DNA of 61,900 nt, counting the filler, from Candidatus Zapsychrus exili (GTDB lineage: Bacteria; Omnitrophota; Gorgyraeia; Zapsychrales; Zapsychraceae): assembly GCA_030765585.1 (NCBI GenBank). It is 7 parts of 7 records of this genome, joined end to end, with 100 filler letters (N's around TTAATTAATTAA, not from the genome) between each part and the next. Parts side by side here need not be neighbours in the genome. Positions count along the whole stretch, not along the records: positions 41,447 to 52,286 come from JAVCCJ010000099.1; positions 52,387 to 57,931 come from JAVCCJ010000009.1; 5 more parts are not named here. The stretch is one strand, 5' to 3'. The translations under genes were made by a program, and so were the position numbers. Under the pieces are notes generated by a model. That model was not told where the DNA came from. It ran no database searches and saw nothing but the letters and a program-made list of their open reading frames with translations. Below are positions 42,410 through 52,566 of this stretch, one piece after another (positions within the stretch are counted from its first letter, which is position 1; the number at the start of each line of letters is the position of its first letter).

Positions 42410-45400
42410 ATGAAAAAAATATATTTTAAAGAAAAATATTTTGGGATTCCCAAAAAGTTTATCTTATCGCTCATTATTATTGGAGTGGTTTTTGCTATTT
42501 ATGGGTTAGCGAAAATAACCATATTTGCCCCTAAGATTGTTGCTGACAGAACAGGCCAGTATATTTTTAAAACAGTTAATATTAAGGATTTTAAGGCGGG
42601 GTTTGGGATTCAAAGAGAAACGCCAAACATAGTTTTTCAAAGAAATGGAACAGAGATTATTATTGAACTCCCTTCTAAAAATATGACCTGGCAGAAAATT
42701 AAAAAAGGCGTTCAGGCGCAATCTCAAGAATATGCTTATGAATACTCTATTTTGAAAGATGAAAAAGGCAAAGCAGTTGGAATTAAAGAAGAGATTGTTT
42801 TGGAACAACCTCTTAGTCTGAGCCATTTTGTTTTTCCAATTACTTTAAAAAACTTAGAGCCAAAAGAAATTGAAAATGTATGGCATTTTTTTAATGTTTC
42901 AGGCAGAGACCAGTTTTACATTCCAGCGCTCTTTATGGAGGATGCCAATGGAGAAAGGAGCGAAGAGGTCAAGATTGAAGTTAATACAGCCGGAGGTTTT
43001 ATTAAGATTACTCCTTCAAGACAATGGCTGGATGACATTGAAAGAGTATATCCCATAATAATTGACCCAAGTATTAGGATTTATCAAGAAACAGAAGAAG
43101 AAAAAGATTTGCCGAACATTGTTAATGCTTATGTTGACCCAATCAAGGTGGTTCCCGGCGATACAATGTTTGTTTATGCAGAAATTATGGATCCTCACGG
43201 CGTTTCACAGGTCATAGCTGATATGGGAGGCATTGAAACTATTAATTTAGAACTTAAACAGGGAACTATTCATAATGGAACCTGGCAGGCAGAATGGCTG
43301 GTCCATGATACAGGACCAAGAGAGTATACTACTATCATCACTGCTACCAATAAGATTGGTAAAAGTTCATCAGCATCTATTGTATGGCTTGACCCTAGCT
43401 GGCTGGCGGGCTGGGACAATAGAATTAAATTTACCATAGACAACACAAAAGTGGATGATGATTTATCTCATTTTCCTGTAACCGTGTTTTTGGATTCTAC
43501 CCAAGGCGAAGAAGTCTTTACTGAATTTGACGCGGACGCGGATTATCTTAAAGTGGCCTTTACAAAAGATGATGGAGTAGCAGAATTATATGCTGAAAAA
43601 GAATTTTTTCAAATAGGGTATACATCAGAATACCCACCAGCACAGTCAGATACTTATGTTAAAGCGACTACGATATATGATGCTGACCATTACGCACATT
43701 TTACCACTGACCCTACAAAATCATTAACAGGAACTTATTATGGTACTACTTGGCAAAGTGGGGTAGGAATAGATACTAATCAACGCTTTCATATTGATTT
43801 AGGTTCTGCGAAAGTCATTAAGAGAATATATTATGAGAATATGCACAATAGCGGGGATGAAACAGATAGGGGTGTTCAAAACTTTACTTTCTGGGGTTCT
43901 AATACGGGAGCAGGAACATTTGATGATTTAGTTTATGTTAATGATGAAGGTTGGACACAAATTACAACTGCAACAAGTTCTTTTGACCGACATGTTGCAG
44001 CAGACCAAGCTGACCCAAAATATATAACCGTAACTAATTCAACTGCTTATAGATATTATGCTTTTAAATTTGCTGATAATTATGGTTCTGCTGCAAGTCT
44101 TATCTCAATTAGAAGAATAGAGTTGCAGACGGAACAAAAAGGGATTTACCACATCTCAAAAACCGGCTGGGAAATATCTTCTTCCACAGACACGGATTTC
44201 TACATGTATTATGACAATGACCACGCAGACAACACAGATTATATTGGCGCGATAAACACTACTGCTGGGGCAAATGTATGGGATGCTAATTTTAAAATGG
44301 TTCAGCATATGGTAGATGATACGACCTCGGCTATAAAAGATAGCACAAGTAATAATAACGATGGGACGAAACTTTCGGCTGACAATCCTATAGAGGCAAC
44401 AGGGAAAATAGGACAGGGGCAAGACTTTAGTGATGATTATATATCATTTGCTGATAGTGCTGACTGGTATTTTTCAGGTGATTTTAGTATAGATTTACTT
44501 GTTAATTTTGATGTCGCTACGAATGGTATAAGATATAATTTGGTAAGTCAATATAGTGACGGAGAAACGTATTTTGCATTTAGAAGGGAAGCAAATGACA
44601 AACTTGAAGTAATTTTTTATAATACTAATGTGGCGGTAGGAGAATTTGCTACCACTGATGTTTGGAGACCAACAGTAGGTACATGGTATCATGTAGCATT
44701 TGTAAGAAGTGGTGCAACAGCATATATATATATTAATGGTGCCTCTGTGGGAGTTACTGAAGTTACAACTTGGGGAACTATACCTAATGTTGTTGCGGAT
44801 TTGTGGATGGGTGCTTGGGCTGGTACCCCATATTATCTGGATGGCAAAATGGATGAGACTCATATTACTCAATCTGTCCGTTCTGCCTCTTACATAAAGG
44901 CAACCTATAATTCAGCATTGGATACTTTGCTTACTTATGGGGATGAGGAAGAGTATGTTCATCCTGTTCCTGCGGACTTTGCACATCGTATCAAACTTAC
45001 AATAGACAATACGAAAGTAGATTCAACTCTAACTCATTTTCCTGTAACCGTAATATTATCTTCTACTCACGGTGATTCTGTATTTGATGAGTTAACTTCT
45101 GATGCAAATCGTTTTAAAATTGCCTTTACAAAAGCCGATGGCTCTACTCAACTCTATGGAGAAATAGAAAAGTGGGATGATGCCAATGAAAGCGCTGTTA
45201 TACATGTATCAAAAACTGGCTGGGAAATATCTTCAACCGCAGACACGGATTTCTATATGTATTATGATTCAAGTCTAAATGATAATTTCGCTTACATAGG
45301 AGATATAGCTTCAACCCCGGGAGAAAGTGTCTGGGATAGTAATTTCAAAATGGTTCAGCATATGACAGATGACACAACTTCTGCTATAAAAGATAGCACG

Positions 45401-48400
45401 AGTAATAATAATGATGGCACAAAGAAGGGTGCGAATGAGCCTGTAAGTATAGCAGGTAAAGTAGGATTAGCACAAGATTTTAGCAGTGATTATATAACTC
45501 ATGCAACCTTCTTAGATGTTATGCCTGATGACCTTACTTGTGAAGCGATTATAAAACTTGATATCGTAGATACAGACCATTATATATTCTATAAGAAAAA
45601 TATTAGTGGCGAAGATTTAATGGGTTTCTATATACATAATACAAATCAGGTTCGCTTTTGGGGAGAGGCTCAGGGTGGTGGGCCTAAAGCCGTTCAGGGT
45701 ACAGATACGGTTACCACCGCAACTTGGTATTATGTTGCTGGAGTTCATACTCATGATTCTGCGTTAAAAGCATACCTAAATACAACAGAATATACAGGAG
45801 ATACTCTTGGAAACATTCTTGATGGTACTAATACAGATATTTTTGTTGGAGCTTCGGATGCTGTTCCAAATAATCCATTTGATGGAATTATAGATGAACT
45901 TAGATTTTCAAGCACCCCACGAGCTGCCGCTTGGCTCAAAGCAACCTATAATACATTATGGGATACCTTACTTACTTATGGGGCTCAGGAAGACAACACT
46001 GCTCCAACTGCTCCAAATACTCTTTATTCCAACAACGCCAATGCCCAAGCCGGGAAAGAAAATCCAACCGGGATTACTGATACCACGCCGGTTTTTTCTG
46101 CTGTCTATAATGACCCGGATGCAGGAGATATTGCTAATAAATATAGAATCCAAGTGGCGACTTCTTCTGATTTTGCTACCTCAAGCGTATTTTGGGATTC
46201 AGGAAGTTCGGGTATTTCAATGTCAAACTGCGTTCAAGGAGACAGATGCCAGGATATTGCATACGCCAGCACTACTGTTTTAGCCTTAGACATTACTAAA
46301 TACTATTGGAGGATTAAGTTCTGGGATGGAGGTACAGGATGGGATGGCAGTGAAGAAGGTGCTTGGTCAACAGAAACAGCTCACTTTACCATGGCTTATC
46401 GTGAATTAGATACTTCTACCAATGCTAACACCCTTCGCTTAGGCGCTGACCGCCATACTTTTTATGACGGCACCTACTATTGGGCTTTCTATATTGACGA
46501 CAACAGCCACATTGTCTATGAAAAATCCTCAGATGGTACGACTTGGGATGGAACAGTTACGGAGATAGCCACTTCTACCACTTATACTTCTTTGGGTATT
46601 TGGGAAGATGATATTTATATTTGGACTGCTTATAATTCCACCACTACCAGTTATACTAAAAAAATTAAGATTTCTGACGGCGCCTTAGGCGCTGAGTATT
46701 CAACCTCAACCCCTGACCGTTATCATCCCCAAATAATTAAAGACAGCGCAGGATATTTATGGAGAAAAGAGGAAGAGGAGGGTTCAACTTCTGTAGAACT
46801 TGATTATATGGAATATGCCAATGATGCTGCTGCACAAGCGGAGTATGTGAGTAATGATAGTTGGAATTTATTAAATGAAGATTGCTCAGATATAAGTGAT
46901 TGGACTGATGAGGATACAGGAACAGCAGTTTCCGAAGTTGACCCAGCAGGGCAGTTCAGGTTAGACACTAATTTAGGTGCTGATAGCAACGCCATTGCAA
47001 GTTTATATAGAACTATAACCTCACCCCCCGATAAGTTTGTTATCGAAGCCAAAACTTACTTTGATAAAATAGGAGTTCTCAATGCACCAGATTATAGTCA
47101 AATTGCGTACTTTACAACCTCTTGGCTTTTTTTGGCTCGGTTTGCCTCTGATGGTCTTTTTATTTACAAAGCTGCTGGCAACACCGAAGTTGGAACGGAT
47201 ATAGTTAAACATGGGGGTTCTGCTGCTTGGCAAACTTGGAGATTTGAAGTGGATAAATCTGGTGGAGAGGCTGCTGCCACAGTAGAGGTATTTTTAGATA
47301 ATGTATCTCAGGGAACTTTTGATTCTGATTATGAAACACCGGGAACAGATGGCAAATTTGGGCTTAGTGTAGCGGGCTATATTACGGATAATATGGTAAC
47401 TCATTATGATTATATAAAAATAGGAGAACTTAATCTGCAGTCTTATTCCGAATCCACCATCAAACAACAAGGCTCTTATTCATTAAAAGGGGTAGCCAAA
47501 GCAACTGATTCTCTGAATGATACTTTAACAAGAACAATTGGTTCGCCAATAGATTTAACTGCAAAGGATATAATTTACTTTGATGCTCGGGCTTCAAGAA
47601 CAGGAAGCAATATCAAGATAGGGATACACGATTCAGGTGGGGCAACAACCGAAATCACACCCAATATAACGCAAGCAGATACCTTCCAAACGGTTACTTG
47701 GGACATTTCAGGAGTGGCTAATGCCAATAAAGATGTAATAGATAGCATTATAATAACTATTGTAAATGCCGATGCGAATAATACCTTTTATATAGATAAT
47801 ATGTATGGTGAAGGATCTGAAATTACTTACTATGCTCGGCAATCAACCAGTGTTAATGACGATTCTGCCTGGCAAGCCGAAACGGAAATTGGAAGAGATT
47901 CTTCCGGGTTTGGACATATGTCTTTAACACATATGGGCTCTGGGAAAGTAATGGCTCTTTTTAATGATTATGATAGTACAAATTATAATCTCAAATACAG
48001 AATTTATGATAGTTCTTGGGGGGCTTCTTCAACTGTGGTTACTGATTGCAAAGACAACACAAGTTATGCTGATTGGGACGAATATCATTGGTTCTCTGCT
48101 GTTGCGGATTCCTCAAACAATATCCATGTTGTTTATGTAGATTCAGATGATAATGATTTGAATTATATTTATTACAATGGTTCTTCCTGGTCCAGCGCTC
48201 AAGAAATCTATACCGGCACAGTTACTCATCCTTCTTTGTCTTATGACTCAACCACTGGAAATCTTGTTGCCTTCTTTATTGAGGGAAATGCAATTAAATA
48301 CAAAGTTAAAAATTCAGGCTCCTGGGGAGACCCCTCAGGCGGAGCAGTTGTTAAAACAGGTCTTGACTCGCCAACATATCTTGGTTCAGCTTATTCAGAC

Positions 48401-48547
48401 GCCACCTCAATCGGCATTATCTGGAAAGAAAGAAGTTCAAGTCCCTATGCCATTTCTTATGCAGTTCTAACTCTTACCGAAGCCCGTTCCGACATCATCA
48501 GAATTAAAGGCGGAACCCGCCTAAAAGGCGGCCTCCGCCTAAAGTAA
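42410..48547 (+). CDS. 2045-aa membrane-anchored surface protein with two DUF2341+LamG-like modules, FN3/Ig-like and propeller-like regions
   Basis: N-terminal TM; YPIIIDPS; duplicated IK.TIDNTKVD..HFPVTV, DFYMYYD, WD.NFKMVQHM; LamG-like WYHVA and DGIIDELR; YYWRIKF. Confidence 0.82.
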   Translation: MKKIYFKEKYFGIPKKFILSLIIIGVVFAIYGLAKITIFAPKIVADRTGQYIFKTVNIKDFKAGFGIQRETPNIVFQRNGTEIIIELPSKNMTWQKIKKGVQAQSQEYAYEYSILKDEKGKAVGIKEEIVLEQPLSLSHFVFPITLKNLEPKEIENVWHFFNVSGRDQFYIPALFMEDANGERSEEVKIEVNTAGGFIKITPSRQWLDDIERVYPIIIDPSIRIYQETEEEKDLPNIVNAYVDPIKVVPGDTMFVYAEIMDPHGVSQVIADMGGIETINLELKQGTIHNGTWQAEWLVHDTGPREYTTIITATNKIGKSSSASIVWLDPSWLAGWDNRIKFTIDNTKVDDDLSHFPVTVFLDSTQGEEVFTEFDADADYLKVAFTKDDGVAELYAEKEFFQIGYTSEYPPAQSDTYVKATTIYDADHYAHFTTDPTKSLTGTYYGTTWQSGVGIDTNQRFHIDLGSAKVIKRIYYENMHNSGDETDRGVQNFTFWGSNTGAGTFDDLVYVNDEGWTQITTATSSFDRHVAADQADPKYITVTNSTAYRYYAFKFADNYGSAASLISIRRIELQTEQKGIYHISKTGWEISSSTDTDFYMYYDNDHADNTDYIGAINTTAGANVWDANFKMVQHMVDDTTSAIKDSTSNNNDGTKLSADNPIEATGKIGQGQDFSDDYISFADSADWYFSGDFSIDLLVNFDVATNGIRYNLVSQYSDGETYFAFRREANDKLEVIFYNTNVAVGEFATTDVWRPTVGTWYHVAFVRSGATAYIYINGASVGVTEVTTWGTIPNVVADLWMGAWAGTPYYLDGKMDETHITQSVRSASYIKATYNSALDTLLTYGDEEEYVHPVPADFAHRIKLTIDNTKVDSTLTHFPVTVILSSTHGDSVFDELTSDANRFKIAFTKADGSTQLYGEIEKWDDANESAVIHVSKTGWEISSTADTDFYMYYDSSLNDNFAYIGDIASTPGESVWDSNFKMVQHMTDDTTSAIKDSTSNNNDGTKKGANEPVSIAGKVGLAQDFSSDYITHATFLDVMPDDLTCEAIIKLDIVDTDHYIFYKKNISGEDLMGFYIHNTNQVRFWGEAQGGGPKAVQGTDTVTTATWYYVAGVHTHDSALKAYLNTTEYTGDTLGNILDGTNTDIFVGASDAVPNNPFDGIIDELRFSSTPRAAAWLKATYNTLWDTLLTYGAQEDNTAPTAPNTLYSNNANAQAGKENPTGITDTTPVFSAVYNDPDAGDIANKYRIQVATSSDFATSSVFWDSGSSGISMSNCVQGDRCQDIAYASTTVLALDITKYYWRIKFWDGGTGWDGSEEGAWSTETAHFTMAYRELDTSTNANTLRLGADRHTFYDGTYYWAFYIDDNSHIVYEKSSDGTTWDGTVTEIATSTTYTSLGIWEDDIYIWTAYNSTTTSYTKKIKISDGALGAEYSTSTPDRYHPQIIKDSAGYLWRKEEEEGSTSVELDYMEYANDAAAQAEYVSNDSWNLLNEDCSDISDWTDEDTGTAVSEVDPAGQFRLDTNLGADSNAIASLYRTITSPPDKFVIEAKTYFDKIGVLNAPDYSQIAYFTTSWLFLARFASDGLFIYKAAGNTEVGTDIVKHGGSAAWQTWRFEVDKSGGEAAATVEVFLDNVSQGTFDSDYETPGTDGKFGLSVAGYITDNMVTHYDYIKIGELNLQSYSESTIKQQGSYSLKGVAKATDSLNDTLTRTIGSPIDLTAKDIIYFDARASRTGSNIKIGIHDSGGATTEITPNITQADTFQTVTWDISGVANANKDVIDSIIITIVNADANNTFYIDNMYGEGSEITYYARQSTSVNDDSAWQAETEIGRDSSGFGHMSLTHMGSGKVMALFNDYDSTNYNLKYRIYDSSWGASSTVVTDCKDNTSYADWDEYHWFSAVADSSNNIHVVYVDSDDNDLNYIYYNGSSWSSAQEIYTGTVTHPSLSYDSTTGNLVAFFIEGNAIKYKVKNSGSWGDPSGGAVVKTGLDSPTYLGSAYSDATSIGIIWKERSSSPYAISYAVLTLTEARSDIIRIKGGTRLKGGLRLK

Positions 48548-48668
48548 AACTATAATTTCCCACGCCGCCAGCATAACAAAAAACACCCCCCAAACCTCAA
48601 CCCCGCCCACCCGACAAACCCCCAAAACACCCTCCTCCCACCCATCCGAACCCACCCGAAAAGCCCCG

Positions 48669-48756
48669 AAAACACCTTCCAAAACTCTGCCCCACCAACC
48701 CTAAAAACCCCCAAAACACCTTCCAAAACTCTGCCCCACCAACCCTAAAAACCCCC
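48669..48756. repeat. Exact 2 x 44-bp tandem repeat in a C/A-rich tract (about 48560-48790)
   Basis: AAAACACCTTCCAAAACTCTGCCCCACCAACCCTAAAAACCCCC at 48669 and 48713. Confidence 0.9.
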
Positions 48757-48795
48757 AAAACACACCAAAAACCCCAGAAAGCCCAGAAATATCTG

Positions 48796-48879
48796 TACGA
48801 AATCCGTTTGATATTTCGTATACGAAATTATGGATATTATTATGTTTACCAAATATACATTGTATACGAAATGCGTTTG
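48796..48879. promoter_or_regulatory. TACGAAAT array with perfect palindrome upstream of recQ
   Basis: TACGAAAT(C/G)CGTTTG at 48796 and 48865; palindrome ATTTCGTATACGAAAT at 48813-48828. Function inferred. Confidence 0.45.
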
Positions 48880-48978
48880 GTTTTATTAAATCAAATTAGA
48901 TATTTTTAAAAATTTAAATAATTTTTAAAAAAAAGAAAAAAGTATAAAAATAGAATTAGAACAAAATAATTTTTTTTA

Positions 48979-50244
48979 ATGCCAACTCCAAAAGAAATCC
49001 TAAAAACATATTTTAACCATAATGACTTTCATCTCAACCAAGAACAAGCCATTAATACTATTTTAAAAAACGAAGACGTATTAATCCTCATGCCAACTGG
49101 TGGAGGTAAATCCATTTGTTATCAAATCCCAGCTTTAATCCTAAACGGAACTGCAATAATAATTTCTCCTCTTATTTCTTTAATGAAAGACCAAGTAGAT
49201 TCTTTAAAATCCAAAAAAATAAAAGCAGATTTTTTAAATTCCACAGTCCCTTATGAAAAACGATTAGAAATAACAAACAATCTAAAAACAAACAATCTTG
49301 ATTTACTTTATTTATCTCCAGAAAAACTCTTTTGGAATAATAATAAATTTCTCGGTTTTTTAAAAACAATAAATATTTCTTTATTCGCAATAGACGAAGC
49401 CCATTGTATATCCCAATGGGGATATGATTTCCGTCCAGAATATTTAAAACTTTCCCTTTTAAAAAAATATTTTCCATCTGTTCCAACTATTGCTGTTACT
49501 GCTACGGCTGACGAATATACCAGGAAAGACATCATAGAAAAGCTAAGCATTAAAAATTCTAAAATTTTCGTTTCAGGTTTTAACAGAAAAAATATTTACT
49601 ATTATATCCAACCAGTATCTGACAAGCATGATATTTATAAAAAGATAGCAAATTATTTAAGAAAACACAGAAATGATTCTGGAATTATCTATACGTTCAC
49701 TCGTTCTGAAGCAACTATTTTAGCAGACACATTAAGTCAAATTGGTTTTTCAGCGAAACCGTATCACGCGGCCTTGCTCAGGGATGTCCGCGACAAAAAC
49801 CAGAGAGCGTTCATGAACGGAGAAGTAAAAATAATAGTAGCAACAATTGCTTTTGGAATGGGGATTAACAAACCGAACATCAGATTTGTTTTGCATACCA
49901 GCATACCAAGAAACATAGAGAATTATTATCAGGAAACGGGAAGAGCGGGGAGAGACGGCTTAAAAAGTGAAGTTATTTTGTTTTATAACAAATGGAGAGC
50001 GAATGACAAGAAAAAATTTATCATCTCAAATATCAAAGATCCCGAGAAAAAAGAAATAGAAATCAAAAAATTAGAAAAAATGATTGAATTCTGCAAAATT
50101 AGGACATGTCGACGGAAATTTTTATTGGAATGTTTTGGAGAATCTATCTCAGACCATTGCGAAAAATGCGATATATGTATTAATCGAAATAAAGGAATTA
50201 TTCCAAAAATTTATCAAACCTTATCAAGAAAAAGTGTAATATAA
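48979..50244 (+). CDS. recQ: RecQ family helicase, short form
   Basis: MPTGGGKSICYQ, IDEAHCISQWGYDFRP, ATIAFGMG, YYQETGRAGRDG, CRR..CDIC; no room for winged-helix or HRDC. Confidence 0.93.
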   Translation: MPTPKEILKTYFNHNDFHLNQEQAINTILKNEDVLILMPTGGGKSICYQIPALILNGTAIIISPLISLMKDQVDSLKSKKIKADFLNSTVPYEKRLEITNNLKTNNLDLLYLSPEKLFWNNNKFLGFLKTINISLFAIDEAHCISQWGYDFRPEYLKLSLLKKYFPSVPTIAVTATADEYTRKDIIEKLSIKNSKIFVSGFNRKNIYYYIQPVSDKHDIYKKIANYLRKHRNDSGIIYTFTRSEATILADTLSQIGFSAKPYHAALLRDVRDKNQRAFMNGEVKIIVATIAFGMGINKPNIRFVLHTSIPRNIENYYQETGRAGRDGLKSEVILFYNKWRANDKKKFIISNIKDPEKKEIEIKKLEKMIEFCKIRTCRRKFLLECFGESISDHCEKCDICINRNKGIIPKIYQTLSRKSVI

Positions 50245-50267
50245 ATATAATAAAGCAATTCTAAAAT

Positions 50268-51326
50268 ATGAAAGAAAAAATAATTGTTTGTCCAAGATGC
50301 AAATCCAAGGAAATTGTTAAATACGGGAAGAGAAAAATAAAAGTTCAAGAGATTCAAATTTATAAATGCAAGCAATGTGAGAATTTCTTTTCAGATAGAG
50401 AAATGAAATACAAATCTTATCAGGAAAACATAATCCTTAATGCAATTTCAATATATAATCTTGGTTATTCGCTAGAAGAAACAAAAAACCAGGTCGCAAA
50501 ACGCTTTAGAACAAGGATTCCATTATCAACGATTCATTCCTGGATAGAAAAATATAAGAATATTTGCGGTTATTCAAAATTGAGAGAAGAAGGCAGAAAG
50601 AGTTATGCCCCCGAAAACATTATTTTCTCTAAAGAATTTGATCATAAACAAACATATAAATTCCAATATCATAAAGCTAAGTTAGATATGAAGTTTCAAT
50701 ATGGAAACCAAAGGAAGCTTCAATTATTCAAGGAATATCTGGAATGGATTGCCAAAAAGAGAGAAAGTTGTTCTGGGACAAAAAGCAAGAGGCCGTTTCC
50801 TCATCATATTTTTACTCAAAAAAGCGAAGAATCGAAACAAAGAGCTTCGCAAATAAAGATGGAAAGATTTACTCCGGTTGAAGTAACTAAGAATAATCTG
50901 GCGAATTCTCTTGCTGAATACGGATTGAAACTGGCAAAGACAAATTATGCAAGGCATGAAAAAGTACAGGATTTTATGCTGATAAATGATTCTGTTACGG
51001 TAGCGGCAGAAGTTCCTGTATATCTCACGAACGACGACATTAAATATTTTAAAGAAAAAGGATTTCAATTTAATTTCAGTGGTTGCAGTACTCCTATAAC
51101 AGGTCATATTGATTTGCTACAAATCAGAAATGGTCTTATTTATATCCTTGATTACAAGCCAGATGCCAGAAAAGAAAAGCCATTTGAACAATTAATGGTT
51201 TATGCCTTAGCCCTTGGTTCTAGAACAAAACTGGCAATAAAGGATTTTAAATGCGCTTGGTTTGATGATAAAAATTATTATGAATTCTTTCCATTGCACA
51301 TGGTTTATAAATCCAGAAAAAGATAA
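50268..51326 (+). CDS. Zn-ribbon + HTH + PD-(D/E)XK nuclease protein
   Basis: CPRC..YKCKQC; STIHSWI; AEVPV..GHIDLL..ILDYKP..QL..Y. Confidence 0.75.
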   Translation: MKEKIIVCPRCKSKEIVKYGKRKIKVQEIQIYKCKQCENFFSDREMKYKSYQENIILNAISIYNLGYSLEETKNQVAKRFRTRIPLSTIHSWIEKYKNICGYSKLREEGRKSYAPENIIFSKEFDHKQTYKFQYHKAKLDMKFQYGNQRKLQLFKEYLEWIAKKRESCSGTKSKRPFPHHIFTQKSEESKQRASQIKMERFTPVEVTKNNLANSLAEYGLKLAKTNYARHEKVQDFMLINDSVTVAAEVPVYLTNDDIKYFKEKGFQFNFSGCSTPITGHIDLLQIRNGLIYILDYKPDARKEKPFEQLMVYALALGSRTKLAIKDFKCAWFDDKNYYEFFPLHMVYKSRKR

Positions 51327-51428
51327 AATTATGAAAAACAGTTCTTTTAAAAGCTGTTAATAGAAAAATACAACCTGACATTATAAATTAAATTGAGTAC
51401 AATCGTATTAGGAACTGACTACGGAATT

Positions 51429-51980
51429 ATGGACATTTTTAAATTAACCAAATCAAAAACAAGGGAAAAACTTCTCCAACTATTCTTTTCAGACCCGAGC
51501 AAAAAATACTATTTAAGAGAACTCGAAAGAATTCTTAATATTTCGGTAGGAAATATCCGTCGGGAACTTTTATTTCTAGAGAAAACAGGTCTTTTCAAAT
51601 GTGAGAAGATGGGGAAACAGGTTTATTACTTTTTGAACAAAGATTCTGCTTTGTTTGAAGATTTCAAAAATATTGTTTTCAAAACCATAGGAGTACAGGG
51701 GAGATTAAAAAAAGAATTAGAAAAAATTAAAGGCATTAAACAGGCCTTTATTTTTGGTTCCTTTGCTAAAAATAAAGAGAATACATCAAGCGATATTGAT
51801 TTAATGATTATTGGAAAAATAGATGAAGATTTGCTTATTTCTAAAATTAGTAAATTAGAAAACCTTTTTAAAAGAGAAATTAATTACCATTTAATTGATG
51901 AAGAAGAATGGAAAGAAAAATCTAAAAAAGACTCTTTCCTCAAAAACATTATCCATAGTCCTAAAATAAAAATTATATGA
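51429..51980 (+). CDS. wHTH + minimal nucleotidyltransferase (MNT-type)
   Basis: YYLRELER HTH; FIFGSFA..SDIDLMIIG. Confidence 0.88.
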   Translation: MDIFKLTKSKTREKLLQLFFSDPSKKYYLRELERILNISVGNIRRELLFLEKTGLFKCEKMGKQVYYFLNKDSALFEDFKNIVFKTIGVQGRLKKELEKIKGIKQAFIFGSFAKNKENTSSDIDLMIIGKIDEDLLISKISKLENLFKREINYHLIDEEEWKEKSKKDSFLKNIIHSPKIKII

Positions 51981-52162
51981 CGAAACTTATAAAAGATTTA
52001 GAAAATCTTGCTCAAAAACAAAATCTTAAAGACTTTTTCATTTTATAATCAAAGATATTTTATTAGTGTTGGAATAAATTAAATATTTGATACTTTTTGT
52101 AACTAATTTCTATAAATTATAAAGTTGAATTTTAGGGTAATCTGCAGTATAATTAAGACATA

Positions 52163-52286
52163 ATGACCAATAAAACAAAACAAGAATCTAAATTACCGAA
52201 GTTTTTTCAACCTTTATTATGGGCTTATGATTTTTCTTTTATTGACATAGAAAAAGATAAAAAGAGAATAATTATTAATACTATTA
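52163..52286 (+). CDS. DUF6922-like small protein, N-terminal fragment
   Basis: LPKFFQPLLWAYDFSFIDIEKDKKRIII; TATAAT at 52148-52153. Confidence 0.55.
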
Positions 52287-52422
52287 NNNNNNNNNNNNNN
52301 NNNNNNNNNNNNNNNNNNNNNNNNNNNNNNTTAATTAATTAANNNNNNNNNNNNNNNNNNNNNNNNNNNNNNNNNNNNNNNNNNNNACTCTTATTACACT
52401 TATTGCACTTATTGAATATGCC

Positions 52423-52557
52423 CTATACCAAGGTAGGCAAAATTTTAAACCTAAAGCCAAATAAGGAAGCCACCTCAGAATAACTAGGCATCCTGTTATT
52501 CTTAAGATAAAACTTCCTTATCTTCTCTAATCTATTACTAATCTTATCCTCTGACAT
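52423..52557 (-). pseudogene. Truncated LexA-like DNA-binding domain
   Basis: MSEDKISNRLEKIRKFYLKNNRMPSYSEVASLFGFR, then similarity is lost and a stop follows. Confidence 0.55.
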
Positions 52558-52566
52558 AGTAATTAT

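Noticed and set aside
50268..51326. IS1-family transposase
   Set aside because: It has an InsA-like Zn ribbon, but the C-terminus is PD-(D/E)XK rather than DDE, and no terminal inverted repeats were seen.
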